A stretch of DNA of 39,285 nt from Sulfurimonadaceae bacterium (GCA_041548245.1 JBFESZ010000009.1:1-39285), one strand, 5' to 3'; shown: positions 9,015 through 21,158, numbered from the stretch's first letter. Numbers and translations are program-made. Notes: generated from the letters alone by a model not told the origin.

Positions 9015-10137
9015 AGTAGAAAAGACACCGGTATATATTTGTGAGCTTGAAAAACTACGATCAAATCTTGAGCTGCTTGATTATGTACAGAAAGAATCGG
9101 GTGCCAAGATTATTCTGGCTCTTAAAGGCTTTGCAATGCATGCTACCTTCGATCTGGTAGGAAAGTATCTGCAGGGGTGTACGGCAAGTGGATTGCACGA
9201 GGCAAAGCTGGCGCGCCAATATATGAATAAAGAGGTGCATACTTATTCGCCGGCATTCAAAGAAGAGGATATTGCTGAGATTGCTTCGATCTCGGATCAT
9301 ATGGTATTTAATTCTCCTAATCAGCTTTACCGTTTTTATCAAAAGGTAAAATCGGTAAATCCGGAAATTTCACTCTCATTACGGGTGAATCCTGAATGTT
9401 CATCTTCGCCTGTTGACCTGTATAACCCATGCGGACTCTATAGCCGTCTGGGTACTACCTATAAAAACTTTGATGAGAAGGTATTGGAGCATATCGATGG
9501 TCTTAATTTTCATGCCTTATGTGAGCAAGACACATCCGCATTGGAAGATGTTCTTCACGCCTTTGAAGAGAAGTTTGGTGAATACATACCGCAGATGAAA
9601 TATGTCAATTTCGGGGGCGGGCATCATATTACCAAGAAAGGGTATGATGTGGCGAGACTGATCGAGATCATCAAGGGATTTAAAAAACGCTACGAGGGTA
9701 TTGAAGTCTATTTGGAACCGGGTGAGGCTGTCGGATGGCAGACAGGTGTCCTGGTCTCGACGGTATTGGACATTGTCGATAATGGAATGAAGATCGCGAT
9801 ATTGGATACATCCGCCGAAGCACACATGCCTGATACCCTGGCAATGCCATATCGAGCAGAGGTCAGAGGCGCATCCGAGGCTGGAGTGAAGGCCTTTACC
9901 TACAGGCTCGGTGGAAATACCTGTTTGGCCGGTGACATTATGGGTGATTACTCTTTTGATAAGGAACTTCAGGTTGGTGATAAGGTCGTCTTTGAAGACC
10001 AAATCCATTACACATTTGTCAAGAACACGACATTTAACGGAATAGTTTTGCCTTCATTGGCTCTATGGAATGAGAAGAATGAGCTAAAGCTTGTCAAGGA
10101 GTTCGGATACGAGGATTACGCGAACCGACTCTCTTGA
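8995..10137 (+). CDS. nspC: Carboxynorspermidine decarboxylase
   Basis: LALKGF (PLP lysine), YNPCG..SRLG, FHALCEQ, NFGGGHHIT, EPGEA, TCLAGD, YTFVKNTTFNG; SD GGAG before ATG 8995. Confidence 0.93.
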   Translation: MEIELNKVEKTPVYICELEKLRSNLELLDYVQKESGAKIILALKGFAMHATFDLVGKYLQGCTASGLHEAKLARQYMNKEVHTYSPAFKEEDIAEIASISDHMVFNSPNQLYRFYQKVKSVNPEISLSLRVNPECSSSPVDLYNPCGLYSRLGTTYKNFDEKVLEHIDGLNFHALCEQDTSALEDVLHAFEEKFGEYIPQMKYVNFGGGHHITKKGYDVARLIEIIKGFKKRYEGIEVYLEPGEAVGWQTGVLVSTVLDIVDNGMKIAILDTSAEAHMPDTLAMPYRAEVRGASEAGVKAFTYRLGGNTCLAGDIMGDYSFDKELQVGDKVVFEDQIHYTFVKNTTFNGIVLPSLALWNEKNELKLVKEFGYEDYANRLS

Positions 10138-10143
10138 TGGGGT

Positions 10144-11757
10144 TTAAGCTACCTTGTTGGCAATAAAACAGGGTATATTGATGAGGAAACAGGCTCCCTC
10201 TTTATATTTTGTATCTAGTTGGATAGTGCCGTTAAGGTGTTGTGTGACAAGGTTATAGGTGATGTTAAGTCCCAAACCGGTACCTCCTCTATTACGTTTG
10301 GTTGTGATAAAAGGCTCAAATATTTTATCGCTCACGGCCTCATGGATTCCTTTACCTGTGTCTTTAAAGACAATAGAAACTCTTTCATCATGACGTCTGG
10401 TCTGTAATATGATCTTTCCTTCCTGATCTGGATCAAAAGCGTGTAAGAGAGCGTTTTGAAGCATATTGACAACGATCTGTGAGATTGCACCTGGGTAAGA
10501 GTGCATCTCGATAGGGCTTTCGTCTAAGTCCAATACCAGCTCTACTGGACGATGTTTGAGCTCACTCTTAAAGGTCGAAATGACTTCTTTTAAATAGGTA
10601 TTGAGTTCAAAGCTTCGTATCTCTTCGCTGCTTTGATCCACAGAGATCTTTTTGAAGTTTTTGACGAGTTGCGCTGCACGATCAAGGTTTTTCATCAGAA
10701 TCTCATCGGCTTCACCAAGGGTCTCAATAAAACTTTCCAAAGAAGATTTGCTCAACTTGTTTGCTTCAAGCATCTCCTTGATATTTCTGATCTCATTTTT
10801 GAAGATGGACGCTGCAGTGATAGAGATACCAAGTGGCGTATTGACCTCATGGGCGACACCAGCAACGAGATTTCCCAAAGCAGACATTTTTTCTGATTCG
10901 ATCAGTTGGGCCTGAGTGTTTTGCAGACGGTTGAAACTTTCTTGAAGTTCGAGAGTACGGGTTTTGACCCTGTCTTCAAGTTCATTCGTTAAACGTTCTA
11001 GGTGTGCTTGGTACGTACGCGAAATAGTCTCAGCTTCTTCTCGTTCACGACCGCGCTGCTGAATCTTGTCAAGCATGGTATTGAAATCATCATAAAGTTG
11101 ACCAACCTCGTCTTGATACTGTTTCTGGGCGCGAATACTATAATCTTCGCTTAGTGATATCTCTTGTGCTGTTTTGGCAAGCGTGATAATCGGTGAAGTG
11201 ATGTATTCTTGTATCTTGTAAATTATGAGCAGGGATGTAAGGCTTAGTACGGCCATAAGTCCGAGCAGAAAAGTCCCGTATTTGATCAATGTCTGCGAAA
11301 TTTCGCGTGTTGAGACATAAAATACAATCGTACCGTAAGTGTGATCCTTGTATGTTATGGGCTGAATCAGAAGGAGTTCATCTTCGAGCTCTTTGGTTGA
11401 AGCAGACAAAGAATCTATACTCTGTGGTAGCAGTATCTCCTTTTTGGCGTCTTTTAAATAGCTGGTATACATTTGCAAGCTACTGTCATAAATGACGGCA
11501 GCCTTGATGTTAGCAATCGTATTGAGCTTTGACAATACCTCTTGAGCTCCAGTTTTGTCATCAAATATAAGTGGGGTAACAGCATAGTCAGAGATGAGTT
11601 TTGCATGAAGTCTAGCCTGTTCGGAAAGCTCTGTCTTTGCACGATTGTATTCTATAATAAACATGAAAGATGAGAAAGTTCCCAAGGCCAGGATGAGCAA
11701 AACGATAATCGATATGATGAGCTTTGACTTGATGGAAAAGTCAGAAAACCTGTTCAT
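10144..11757 (-). CDS. Membrane sensor histidine kinase (CHASE8-like periplasmic domain, HAMP, HisKA, HATPase)
   Basis: Two TM helices; periplasmic PLIFDD..GAQEVLS.L...IKAAVIYD resembling the YfiN sensor; HAMP DEVGQLYDDFNTML; H-box AHEVNTPLG; N, G1, F and G2 boxes (NALLHAF, DTGKG, FEPF, GTGLGL). Confidence 0.92.
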   Translation of the reverse strand: MNRFSDFSIKSKLIISIIVLLILALGTFSSFMFIIEYNRAKTELSEQARLHAKLISDYAVTPLIFDDKTGAQEVLSKLNTIANIKAAVIYDSSLQMYTSYLKDAKKEILLPQSIDSLSASTKELEDELLLIQPITYKDHTYGTIVFYVSTREISQTLIKYGTFLLGLMAVLSLTSLLIIYKIQEYITSPIITLAKTAQEISLSEDYSIRAQKQYQDEVGQLYDDFNTMLDKIQQRGREREEAETISRTYQAHLERLTNELEDRVKTRTLELQESFNRLQNTQAQLIESEKMSALGNLVAGVAHEVNTPLGISITAASIFKNEIRNIKEMLEANKLSKSSLESFIETLGEADEILMKNLDRAAQLVKNFKKISVDQSSEEIRSFELNTYLKEVISTFKSELKHRPVELVLDLDESPIEMHSYPGAISQIVVNMLQNALLHAFDPDQEGKIILQTRRHDERVSIVFKDTGKGIHEAVSDKIFEPFITTKRNRGGTGLGLNITYNLVTQHLNGTIQLDTKYKEGACFLINIPCFIANKVA

Positions 11758-12260
11758 TTGATGACCTCATGGGCAGATTTAAGCAAGAGATAGCTTATTT
11801 TGATATCAGCTTGCTGGGCTGCTCTATTATTGATGACGTATTTAAAGCGGTTGTCAACCAGGAACATGGTAATCATGACATTATTGTCAATATACTCTTT
11901 ATTGTCAGTAACGGTCAACATGGCTCTTCCGGAGATCTGCTTTAAAGTTTTTACAATATCGCGTGTGTTTTTTCCAATAAACAAGAGATTGCATTGCGGT
12001 ATTTTCTGATTTTCGCCTAAGCGTATAATATTGACATCTTTCTTACCGAATTTTTTATTTTGGTAGATATGTTCAAGTGCATTGGCAAAGTCTGTGTTGT
12101 TTAAAACACAGATGGTAAACTCCAGACTCTGTTCTGTTTCTGGCCACTCGATGAGACGAGTAAACTTCTCCAAGAAAACAGCTTGTACCTGTGTCGGTGT
12201 TACAGCATGTGCTTGACATGAAAGGAATAGTGCTAAAACAAGTACTGGCAGATGCCTCAT
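11754..12260 (-). CDS. YfiR family periplasmic protein
   Basis: Signal peptide (AHA|V), AVFLEKFTRLIEWP, FTICVL, CNLLFIG, LTVTD, INNRAAQQADIKISYLLL. Confidence 0.88.
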   Translation of the reverse strand: MRHLPVLVLALFLSCQAHAVTPTQVQAVFLEKFTRLIEWPETEQSLEFTICVLNNTDFANALEHIYQNKKFGKKDVNIIRLGENQKIPQCNLLFIGKNTRDIVKTLKQISGRAMLTVTDNKEYIDNNVMITMFLVDNRFKYVINNRAAQQADIKISYLLLKSAHEVIK

Positions 12261-13981
12261 AAGAGAGGGTCCTCTTCATGGGATAGGGTGGGTTTAGGCT
12301 CACTGATATAGTAGCCTTGAGAGTACTTGATATCAAAACTCTTGACAAGTTCAAAGATCTCCTTGTCACAAACAAACTCGGCTACAAGGTCGATACCTAC
12401 ATTATTGGCAAAGTAGACGATGCTGTCAACCATTTTGTAAGAGAGGGGGTCCTTGAGGTTTTTGATAAAGGAACCGTCAATCTTGATGGAATCAAGTTGT
12501 AGATTCAAGATATTGGCAAAGTTTTGACACTCAGCGCCAAAATCATCAAGAGAAATTTTACAACCTAATGATTGCAGACGGGCAATATTGTCTCGGGCAT
12601 TTGGAATATTGTTAAGTGAGTTGTTCTCCAAGATTTCCAAAATTAAACGCGAAGGTGTGATGCCGTTTGCTTCAAGTACACTGCTGACAAAGTCGGCAAA
12701 ACCTTTATCCTGTAGATCATGACTGGTGATATTGATTGAGAAATCAAGTTTGTTTTCAGCGAACACTTTGGCACTTTTTTCGAGCATTACATAGGTGATC
12801 TTTGTCAGTAGGCCTGTCTCTTGCGCCACACTTAAAAAAGCAAAAGGAGAGATGACTTTCTCATCTTTGATCATACGTACCAAGCACTCATACTTTTCTA
12901 TTTTCTTGGTTCGGTTGTTATATATCGGTTGAAAATAGGGGATTATTCGCTCTTCTTTTAGCGCATGCTTGATCTCTCTGAACCATTCGATATTGTTCTG
13001 AATCTGCTGCAGAACATGCATCTTTGTACTGTAGCGCTGTACTCTGTTCGAACTGATAAGGCGTGCTTCTTTTATAGCCAGGTCAGCCTTGTTGACAAGG
13101 TCCTCCGACTCATTTTCAACGATTCCTACAGTAAAGGTAATGTTGAAATCAATATCCTCATGGGTAAAGTTATTGTTCATAAACCTTTTTTGAATAAGCG
13201 AAACTACCTCGTCAGTTTCTTCAGCAGACGAATGTGTACGTAAAAGTAGAAATTCGTCAACACCGATATGATAGAGCCTGTTGCCGGTTGACTCAAGCAG
13301 ACTCAGTGATTTGGCTATCTCTTTGATGACATAGTTTCCCTGTTCATATCCGTACAGGTCATTAATGTGACTGAACCTGTCAATGTTCAAGAGGATAATT
13401 GTTACCTTTTCAAGTTCCAGCAGGTCATCGTGAAGTTTGTGCCTGTTGTAAAGTTTTGTCAAAGGGTTTTGCAATACCTCTTTGTAAAGTGTCGCTTTTT
13501 CCAGATTGGCTTTTTCAATATCGGAGTAGTTGATAATAGCCATCTTGACAGAGCTGTATAGTCTGTCTGCATTGAGTTCAGTTTTTTCTTTGTAGTCGTT
13601 GATATCATAGTTGTCTATGACGAATTTTTCAGGAGCAAGCCCGGATTGTCCTGTGCGGATAACTATACGAAGGTTTGGATTGAGAAGGACCTGCCTGATG
13701 TACTTTGTCAGCTCCAGACCGGCATCGGCTGTCTCCATGACCACATCGATAAGTGCCACATGATAACTGTTGTCATGCTCAAGCAGTTCGCGGGCCTCTT
13801 TGGCGGAATATACTGAGGTGAAGCTCAAAGGCCTCTCATCCACCTTCATGTTTTTGAGTGCAAGCTTTGTGACTTCGTGGATGCCATGGTCATCATCCAC
13901 AATGAGTATTTTCCATGGCTTTTTGGCAACGACAGCAGGTTTAACCTCTTCGTCCTGAAAAAGAAATTCATCCATTCCCAC
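12257..13981 (-). CDS. Response regulator with REC + degenerate GGDEF + EAL domains (probable c-di-GMP phosphodiesterase)
   Basis: REC: ILIVDDD, LIDVVME, IRTGQ, YKEK. GGDEF reads GVDEF. EAL: YECLVR, SIN, LEILE, DDFG, IKIDGSF, AEFV, QGY. GTG start with AAGGA SD. Confidence 0.9.
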   Translation of the reverse strand: MGMDEFLFQDEEVKPAVVAKKPWKILIVDDDHGIHEVTKLALKNMKVDERPLSFTSVYSAKEARELLEHDNSYHVALIDVVMETADAGLELTKYIRQVLLNPNLRIVIRTGQSGLAPEKFVIDNYDINDYKEKTELNADRLYSSVKMAIINYSDIEKANLEKATLYKEVLQNPLTKLYNRHKLHDDLLELEKVTIILLNIDRFSHINDLYGYEQGNYVIKEIAKSLSLLESTGNRLYHIGVDEFLLLRTHSSAEETDEVVSLIQKRFMNNNFTHEDIDFNITFTVGIVENESEDLVNKADLAIKEARLISSNRVQRYSTKMHVLQQIQNNIEWFREIKHALKEERIIPYFQPIYNNRTKKIEKYECLVRMIKDEKVISPFAFLSVAQETGLLTKITYVMLEKSAKVFAENKLDFSINITSHDLQDKGFADFVSSVLEANGITPSRLILEILENNSLNNIPNARDNIARLQSLGCKISLDDFGAECQNFANILNLQLDSIKIDGSFIKNLKDPLSYKMVDSIVYFANNVGIDLVAEFVCDKEIFELVKSFDIKYSQGYYISEPKPTLSHEEDPLL

Positions 13982-14066
13982 AATAGTCCTTTAATCAGCT
14001 AATTAAACAATAATACCAGAAAAATAGCATAAGTAAAATTAATCTTGTATAAGCTGATAAAGCCTG

Positions 14067-14995
14067 TTATTTTTTATTTTTTTCTATCTGATTTAATGCA
14101 GCTTTGACGGCATTGATATAACTTTTCAGTGAAGGTTTTTTGTCTTCATATGCGATATCAAATGCTGTGCCATGATCGACTGAAGTTCTGATGATAGGCA
14201 AGTTCAATGAGATGTTGATACTCTCATCGAAATAAAGTGCCTTGAGTGGAATCAGACCTTGATCATGATACATGGCAACATAGTATTGATACTCTTTGCG
14301 CATAGCGCTAGTAAAGGCGGTATCAGGAACCACAGGACCTGCAAATAGCTCTTTTTTAAGCTTTTTGTTCGCTGCTATGATCGCTTTGGTGATCTGTTTC
14401 TCTTCATTTCCCAAGACACCGCCGTCACCAGCGTGTGGGTTTAAACCGAGGACTGCGACTTTTTTGGCATGGATGTCCTTACTCAGATCAAGTAAAAACT
14501 GCGTTATCTTCTTTGTCTTTATCTGCTTTGGTACTTTTGCCAAAGGTGTGTGTTCAGTGTAAAGCGCCACATACATCTTTTCGCACCCCAGCATCATGAT
14601 GGCTTCGCGATCAAAATAGGAGCGGAGCATATCCGTGTGCCCTTTATACGCAAGACCTGCTTTGGCCCAGGCCTCTTTGTGGATAGGCAGTGTCACAAGC
14701 GCATCGGCAATCTGCTTTTCACAAAGTTTAATGGCTTTTTTAAAGGAATTATAACTGTATTTTCCACTCTTTTTATCGACCGTTCCAGCTTTGATGCTGA
14801 AGTCTCCATTGACAGGAAAAAGTACCATGTCGGCAGGTTTGACTAGTTTGAGTTTTTTACAGGCCTGATCAAGCATAGTCTGGGAGATACAGTAGATCGG
14901 CTGAGATATTTTTGATATCTCTTCATGGGATCGGAGAGCGATCTCTATTCCGATGCCGTTAAGATCTCCTACACTTATTGCGATGGCAGGTTTAC

Positions 14996-14999
<4 letters not shown>
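14067..14999 (-). CDS. pdxA: 4-hydroxythreonine-4-phosphate dehydrogenase
   Basis: GDLNGIG, GHT, LNPHAG, MYHDQG, RTSVDHGTAFDIA. Confidence 0.95.
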
Positions 15000-16901
<1,902 letters not shown>

Positions 16902-16976
16902 TTATAACTTTCTTTTTTGTTGCAATTATACTACAATCACAAAATAGCCAACGGCCAATTGATCAAAGAGGTAGTG

Positions 16977-18383
16977 ATGAAAAAGATTTTAATTCTTACT
17001 GATGGTGCGACAGGACGACATTTTGTTGAACGTGTTGCAGATACCTACAGCAGTGAAAACATCTATTATGTCGTCTCTATGAACAAACTTGAGATAGAAA
17101 ATGCAAAGCCTTCACAGTTCAAGTTCTATCAGTTCGATCCGACCAGTCTCTATAAGCTTTCAAACCTTCTGAAAATGGAGTTTGTACAAGTCGTAATGGC
17201 CCTTAAAAACCCGGTTGATGTCGAAGTGAGTGTGAAGAACATCCGCATGGTCAAGTCTCAGCTTCGAATAGTGCTGCTGGATCGTTGGGGACTGGAGTTT
17301 GATGACCCGAATATCATTACAATCAACTCAAGTGATATTCTTGCAAGCCGTCTGCTTGATTATATTCCTAATGTACCTGTTATCGCGCAGAATGTCGGTA
17401 TGGGCGAGGGTGAGATCATCGAGGTCCTTGTACCGTTTGGAAGCTCATTCGTCTATCGTCATATCGGTGCTTTGGAACAGAACAATTGGAAGATCGTCGC
17501 CATCTACCGTAATCAAAGGCTTATCCTTCCTTCGCCTAAGCGTATGATCCAGCCCAACGATCTGCTTGTCCTGGTTGGAGAACCCTCTGTGTTAAAGACG
17601 GTTTACCGAGCCATCAAAAGAGAATTGGGCCAGTTTCCGGCTCCCTATGGCAATAACCTTTATCTTTATATCGATATGGCACTTGAGAGCAGTAAGAGCC
17701 TTCCGAAACTTATTAAACGCTCCAAATATATTCACCGGCATCTGGGCGACAATCTCTTTATAAGGGTGGTGAATGCTTCAGATATCGAAGTTCTTGAGAA
17801 GATCAAAAGTCATCGTAGCGACGAGATAACGATTGAGGTCGATTACACCAGGGGTGATTACAAAGATATAATATTAAATGATATTAGCAAGATGGATGTT
17901 GGTTTGATAATGCTTTCTAGTAAGCTGTTTGCGGTGTCTCCACTACGTCAAACCCTGTATGAGGCAAAAATCCCGGTACTTAAATTGGCCCAAAAACCTT
18001 TTTCCAAACTCAAGGAGAGTATTGTCGTGTTAACGGACAACCGTGATCTTGAAAAAATATCGACTACCGTTTTTGATATTTCGGCACAGCTCTCTTTTAA
18101 TCTTGAACTTTTTGATTTTACACAAGAAAAAAGTGAGGATAAAGAGCGTATTATTGAACATTATGAAAACCTTTCTATCATCTTTTCAAAGTCTATCAAA
18201 ATGATCTCTCAAGAGGTTAACCCGATCCGTTTTTTGAAGCAAAAAGAGAACTTTTTGTATTGTCTGCCATTTACGGACAAGATGTTGGAGCTTCCCCTGT
18301 ACTCATTGTTTTCAACCGATAGTGAAAAATTGTATCATCGGCTTAATGAATATCATCAACTTTTTATTCCTGTACAGCTTTAA
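16977..18383 (+). CDS. COG3400-like TrkA/RCK domain protein
   Basis: RCK_N-like N-terminus, TrkA_C region (GEIIEVLVPFGS...WKIVAIYR...NDLLVLVGEP); usual Campylobacterota position between tgt and aroB; SD GAGG before ATG 16977. Confidence 0.78.
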   Translation: MKKILILTDGATGRHFVERVADTYSSENIYYVVSMNKLEIENAKPSQFKFYQFDPTSLYKLSNLLKMEFVQVVMALKNPVDVEVSVKNIRMVKSQLRIVLLDRWGLEFDDPNIITINSSDILASRLLDYIPNVPVIAQNVGMGEGEIIEVLVPFGSSFVYRHIGALEQNNWKIVAIYRNQRLILPSPKRMIQPNDLLVLVGEPSVLKTVYRAIKRELGQFPAPYGNNLYLYIDMALESSKSLPKLIKRSKYIHRHLGDNLFIRVVNASDIEVLEKIKSHRSDEITIEVDYTRGDYKDIILNDISKMDVGLIMLSSKLFAVSPLRQTLYEAKIPVLKLAQKPFSKLKESIVVLTDNRDLEKISTTVFDISAQLSFNLELFDFTQEKSEDKERIIEHYENLSIIFSKSIKMISQEVNPIRFLKQKENFLYCLPFTDKMLELPLYSLFSTDSEKLYHRLNEYHQLFIPVQL

Positions 18384-18454
18384 TGCAAGGGCTAATCCCT
18401 TTTAAAGCCTTAGTTGAGTATTATCTAGATCAAAATTTTATTAAAGAATAAATC

Positions 18455-19513
18455 ATGAACATCGATATTCTGCTTAAACGTGAAATAGACAATTCATATC
18501 AAGTATATTTGGGCGAACTTCCCGCGCTTGAATTCAAGACGAAAATAGCGATCGTAACAAACCCGACAGTCAGCGGTTATCATCTGGATTATCTGCTTTC
18601 AAAGCTGAGTGCCAAAGAGATCTGCGTGATCACAGTTGAAGATGGCGAGAACTTTAAAACACTTTCGACTATTGAGAACATCCTTAATGAAATGTTCGAG
18701 CATAAATTTAATCGAAGCTCTGTGTTAATAGCATTAGGTGGCGGCGTAATTGGCGATATGACGGGATTTGCGGCAAGCATCTATCAGCGTGGGATCGATT
18801 TTATCCAGATACCGACAACGCTTTTATCTCAGGTCGATGCGAGTGTGGGTGGTAAAACAGGTGTTAACACTGTCTATGGCAAGAATCTGATAGGGGCCTT
18901 CCATCAACCCAAAGCCGTTTACATCGATCCGCATTTCCTATCAACGCTTCCAAAGCGCGAGTATGCAGCGGGAATCGCCGAGATAATCAAGATGGCAGTC
19001 TGTTTTGACAAAGCTTTTTTTCAATGGCTTGAAGAGGCAGACTTGAATGATGGCTCTGTGATCAAAGAAGCGATAGCCAAGTCGGTTAAAACCAAGGCTA
19101 TGGTGGTCTCTCAAGACGAAAAAGAGAAGGGCTTACGCGCTGCTCTTAACTACGGGCATACCTTTGGGCATGTAATTGAGAATGAAACGGCCTATACGAA
19201 ATACTTGCATGGAGAGACTGTTGCCATCGGGATGGTGATGGCCAATGAGTTGGCGATAAGATTAGGTCAAATGGACATTGATGAAGCAGAGCGTGTCAAG
19301 AGGCTTCTACTCAAATATGACCTTCCGGTTGATTATCCGATTGCCGATACAGAGAGTTTTTACGAAGCATTTTTCCTGGATAAAAAAAGTTCCGACACCA
19401 ATATCACATTCATTGTTCCTGAACATCTTGGCGGTGTTGAATTGCGTTCAGATATTGCGAGGGAAATCGTCATAGATGTGTTGAAAACGTTTGCGGAGAC
19501 GAAGAGTGAATAG
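18455..19513 (+). CDS. aroB: 3-dehydroquinate synthase
   Basis: ALGGGVIGD, PTTLLSQVDASVGGKTG, KNLIGAFHQP, LNYGHTFGH, LHGE. Confidence 0.96.
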   Translation: MNIDILLKREIDNSYQVYLGELPALEFKTKIAIVTNPTVSGYHLDYLLSKLSAKEICVITVEDGENFKTLSTIENILNEMFEHKFNRSSVLIALGGGVIGDMTGFAASIYQRGIDFIQIPTTLLSQVDASVGGKTGVNTVYGKNLIGAFHQPKAVYIDPHFLSTLPKREYAAGIAEIIKMAVCFDKAFFQWLEEADLNDGSVIKEAIAKSVKTKAMVVSQDEKEKGLRAALNYGHTFGHVIENETAYTKYLHGETVAIGMVMANELAIRLGQMDIDEAERVKRLLLKYDLPVDYPIADTESFYEAFFLDKKSSDTNITFIVPEHLGGVELRSDIAREIVIDVLKTFAETKSE

Positions 19514-21158
19514 AATCCTGTTTGTTATTCTTATCTTAGCAAGTATCGCATGTGCCAAAGTTGAACAGAAGGTTGATATCAACCAGACACAGCTGGATGT
19601 AAAAAAAGAACAGGAAAAAAATGAACGTCTCGTTCATCTTCACTCCAAGATCGATGAATCAGCAAAGCTTTTGAAGAAAGAAGGTGTGCTGTGGCAAAAG
19701 AGTTATCACTCTTATGTGACCTATCTTGAGGTCGCGCAAGAGCTGCAAGAGGTACGTAAAAAAATCAAAAAGCTTTCAAAGAGCGATACGACCTTTGAAG
19801 CCAGAGATGAGCTAAACGCTTTAGAAACACGTGAACAGATCCTGGCAAATCAGATCACTCTTCTTCAGGGAAAGGAGAATGCCCCTTTTACCGAGCTTAT
19901 CATCCCGGATGAATTGCCTGAACCACCTGAAGTGAGCAATCCAATCAGTATCTTTACCGCTTTGTCCTATATCAAGCTTATTGAGGGAAAGGCCAGTGAA
20001 TATCTGCAGCGTGAGTCAAACCTGCGTGCGTATATTGTCCTTCTTCGTAAAAAGACACGTCTTGAAGCTGAGCTTTCGGCTTTAAGTCAAAATAAGCTTG
20101 ATGAAGATGTCTATCTTCAGGATATGCATATGCTTGGTATCTTTGAAAATGCTCTTGAGACCGTTAATAAAACATCTGCTGTATATGCTCAGCGCATAGA
20201 TGCTGTTGAAGCACAGGTTCAAAAAGGCATAAAGGCCCAGATAGTCAAGCTGTTCAACCTTGGCATTATCATTGTTGTTCTTTTGGTTCTTTTCTTTCTC
20301 AGCAAGCTGATTATAAAAAAATATATAACAGACAACGAGAGGATCTATATGGCACACAAGATGTTGACCTTTGTCAATATCTCATTGATCGTTATTATCG
20401 TTGCTTTTTCATATATCGATAATGTCAGCTATCTTGTTACAGTTTTGGGTTTTGCCTCGGCCGGTATCGCTATTGCGATGAAAGACTGGTTTATGAGTAT
20501 GCTTGGCTGGTTCGTCCTTCTGGTCAGTGGGTCGATTAGCGTTGGAGACAGGATCCGTGTTCTTAAAGAGGGCGTTGAATACGTAGGTGATGTTCTTGAT
20601 ATCTCACTATTGCGTATTACGATACTTGAAGATATTACATTGACTACTTATATGACAAACCGTAGAGCAGGGCGCATCGTCTTTATTCCTAATAATTATG
20701 TCTTTACGACACTTATCGCCAACTATTCTCATGCTACACTTAAGACGGTATGGGACGGGATTGATATTACTATCACCTTTGATTCCAATCATAGAAAAGC
20801 AACGCATATCGCTAAAGAGATCACGCGAAAATATTCTAAAGGTTATACCGACATTACACGTACACAGCTCAATAAGTTGCGAAACCGCTATAGCCTTAAA
20901 AACACCAATGTTGAACCTCGTATCTTCTCTTTTGCCGAGGAAAACGGTGTGCGTATAAGTGCATGGTATCTTACCAATGCCTATGCTACCCTTACGCTTA
21001 GAAGTACGATATCGGTAGAGATTATCGAAGCCTACAATGAGGCTGATGATATTCAGATAGCGTATCCTACACAGATGCTTCATCTGAATGCTTATGAAGC
21101 AAAAAAGCCTGAACTTCCTTTGCCGGAACAAACAGGTGGAGCAAAGGTTGAATGGTAA
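19506..21158 (+). CDS. MscS family mechanosensitive channel with long periplasmic coiled-coil N-terminus
   Basis: Signal peptide, helical periplasmic region, LGFASAGIAIAMKD, GDRIRV, FIPNN; GTG start with GGAG SD. Confidence 0.88.
   Translation: MNRILFVILILASIACAKVEQKVDINQTQLDVKKEQEKNERLVHLHSKIDESAKLLKKEGVLWQKSYHSYVTYLEVAQELQEVRKKIKKLSKSDTTFEARDELNALETREQILANQITLLQGKENAPFTELIIPDELPEPPEVSNPISIFTALSYIKLIEGKASEYLQRESNLRAYIVLLRKKTRLEAELSALSQNKLDEDVYLQDMHMLGIFENALETVNKTSAVYAQRIDAVEAQVQKGIKAQIVKLFNLGIIIVVLLVLFFLSKLIIKKYITDNERIYMAHKMLTFVNISLIVIIVAFSYIDNVSYLVTVLGFASAGIAIAMKDWFMSMLGWFVLLVSGSISVGDRIRVLKEGVEYVGDVLDISLLRITILEDITLTTYMTNRRAGRIVFIPNNYVFTTLIANYSHATLKTVWDGIDITITFDSNHRKATHIAKEITRKYSKGYTDITRTQLNKLRNRYSLKNTNVEPRIFSFAEENGVRISAWYLTNAYATLTLRSTISVEIIEAYNEADDIQIAYPTQMLHLNAYEAKKPELPLPEQTGGAKVEW

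Noticed and set aside
12216-12260. YfiR as a lipoprotein (FLSC)
   Set aside because: Poor lipobox; AHA|V is a better signal peptidase I site.
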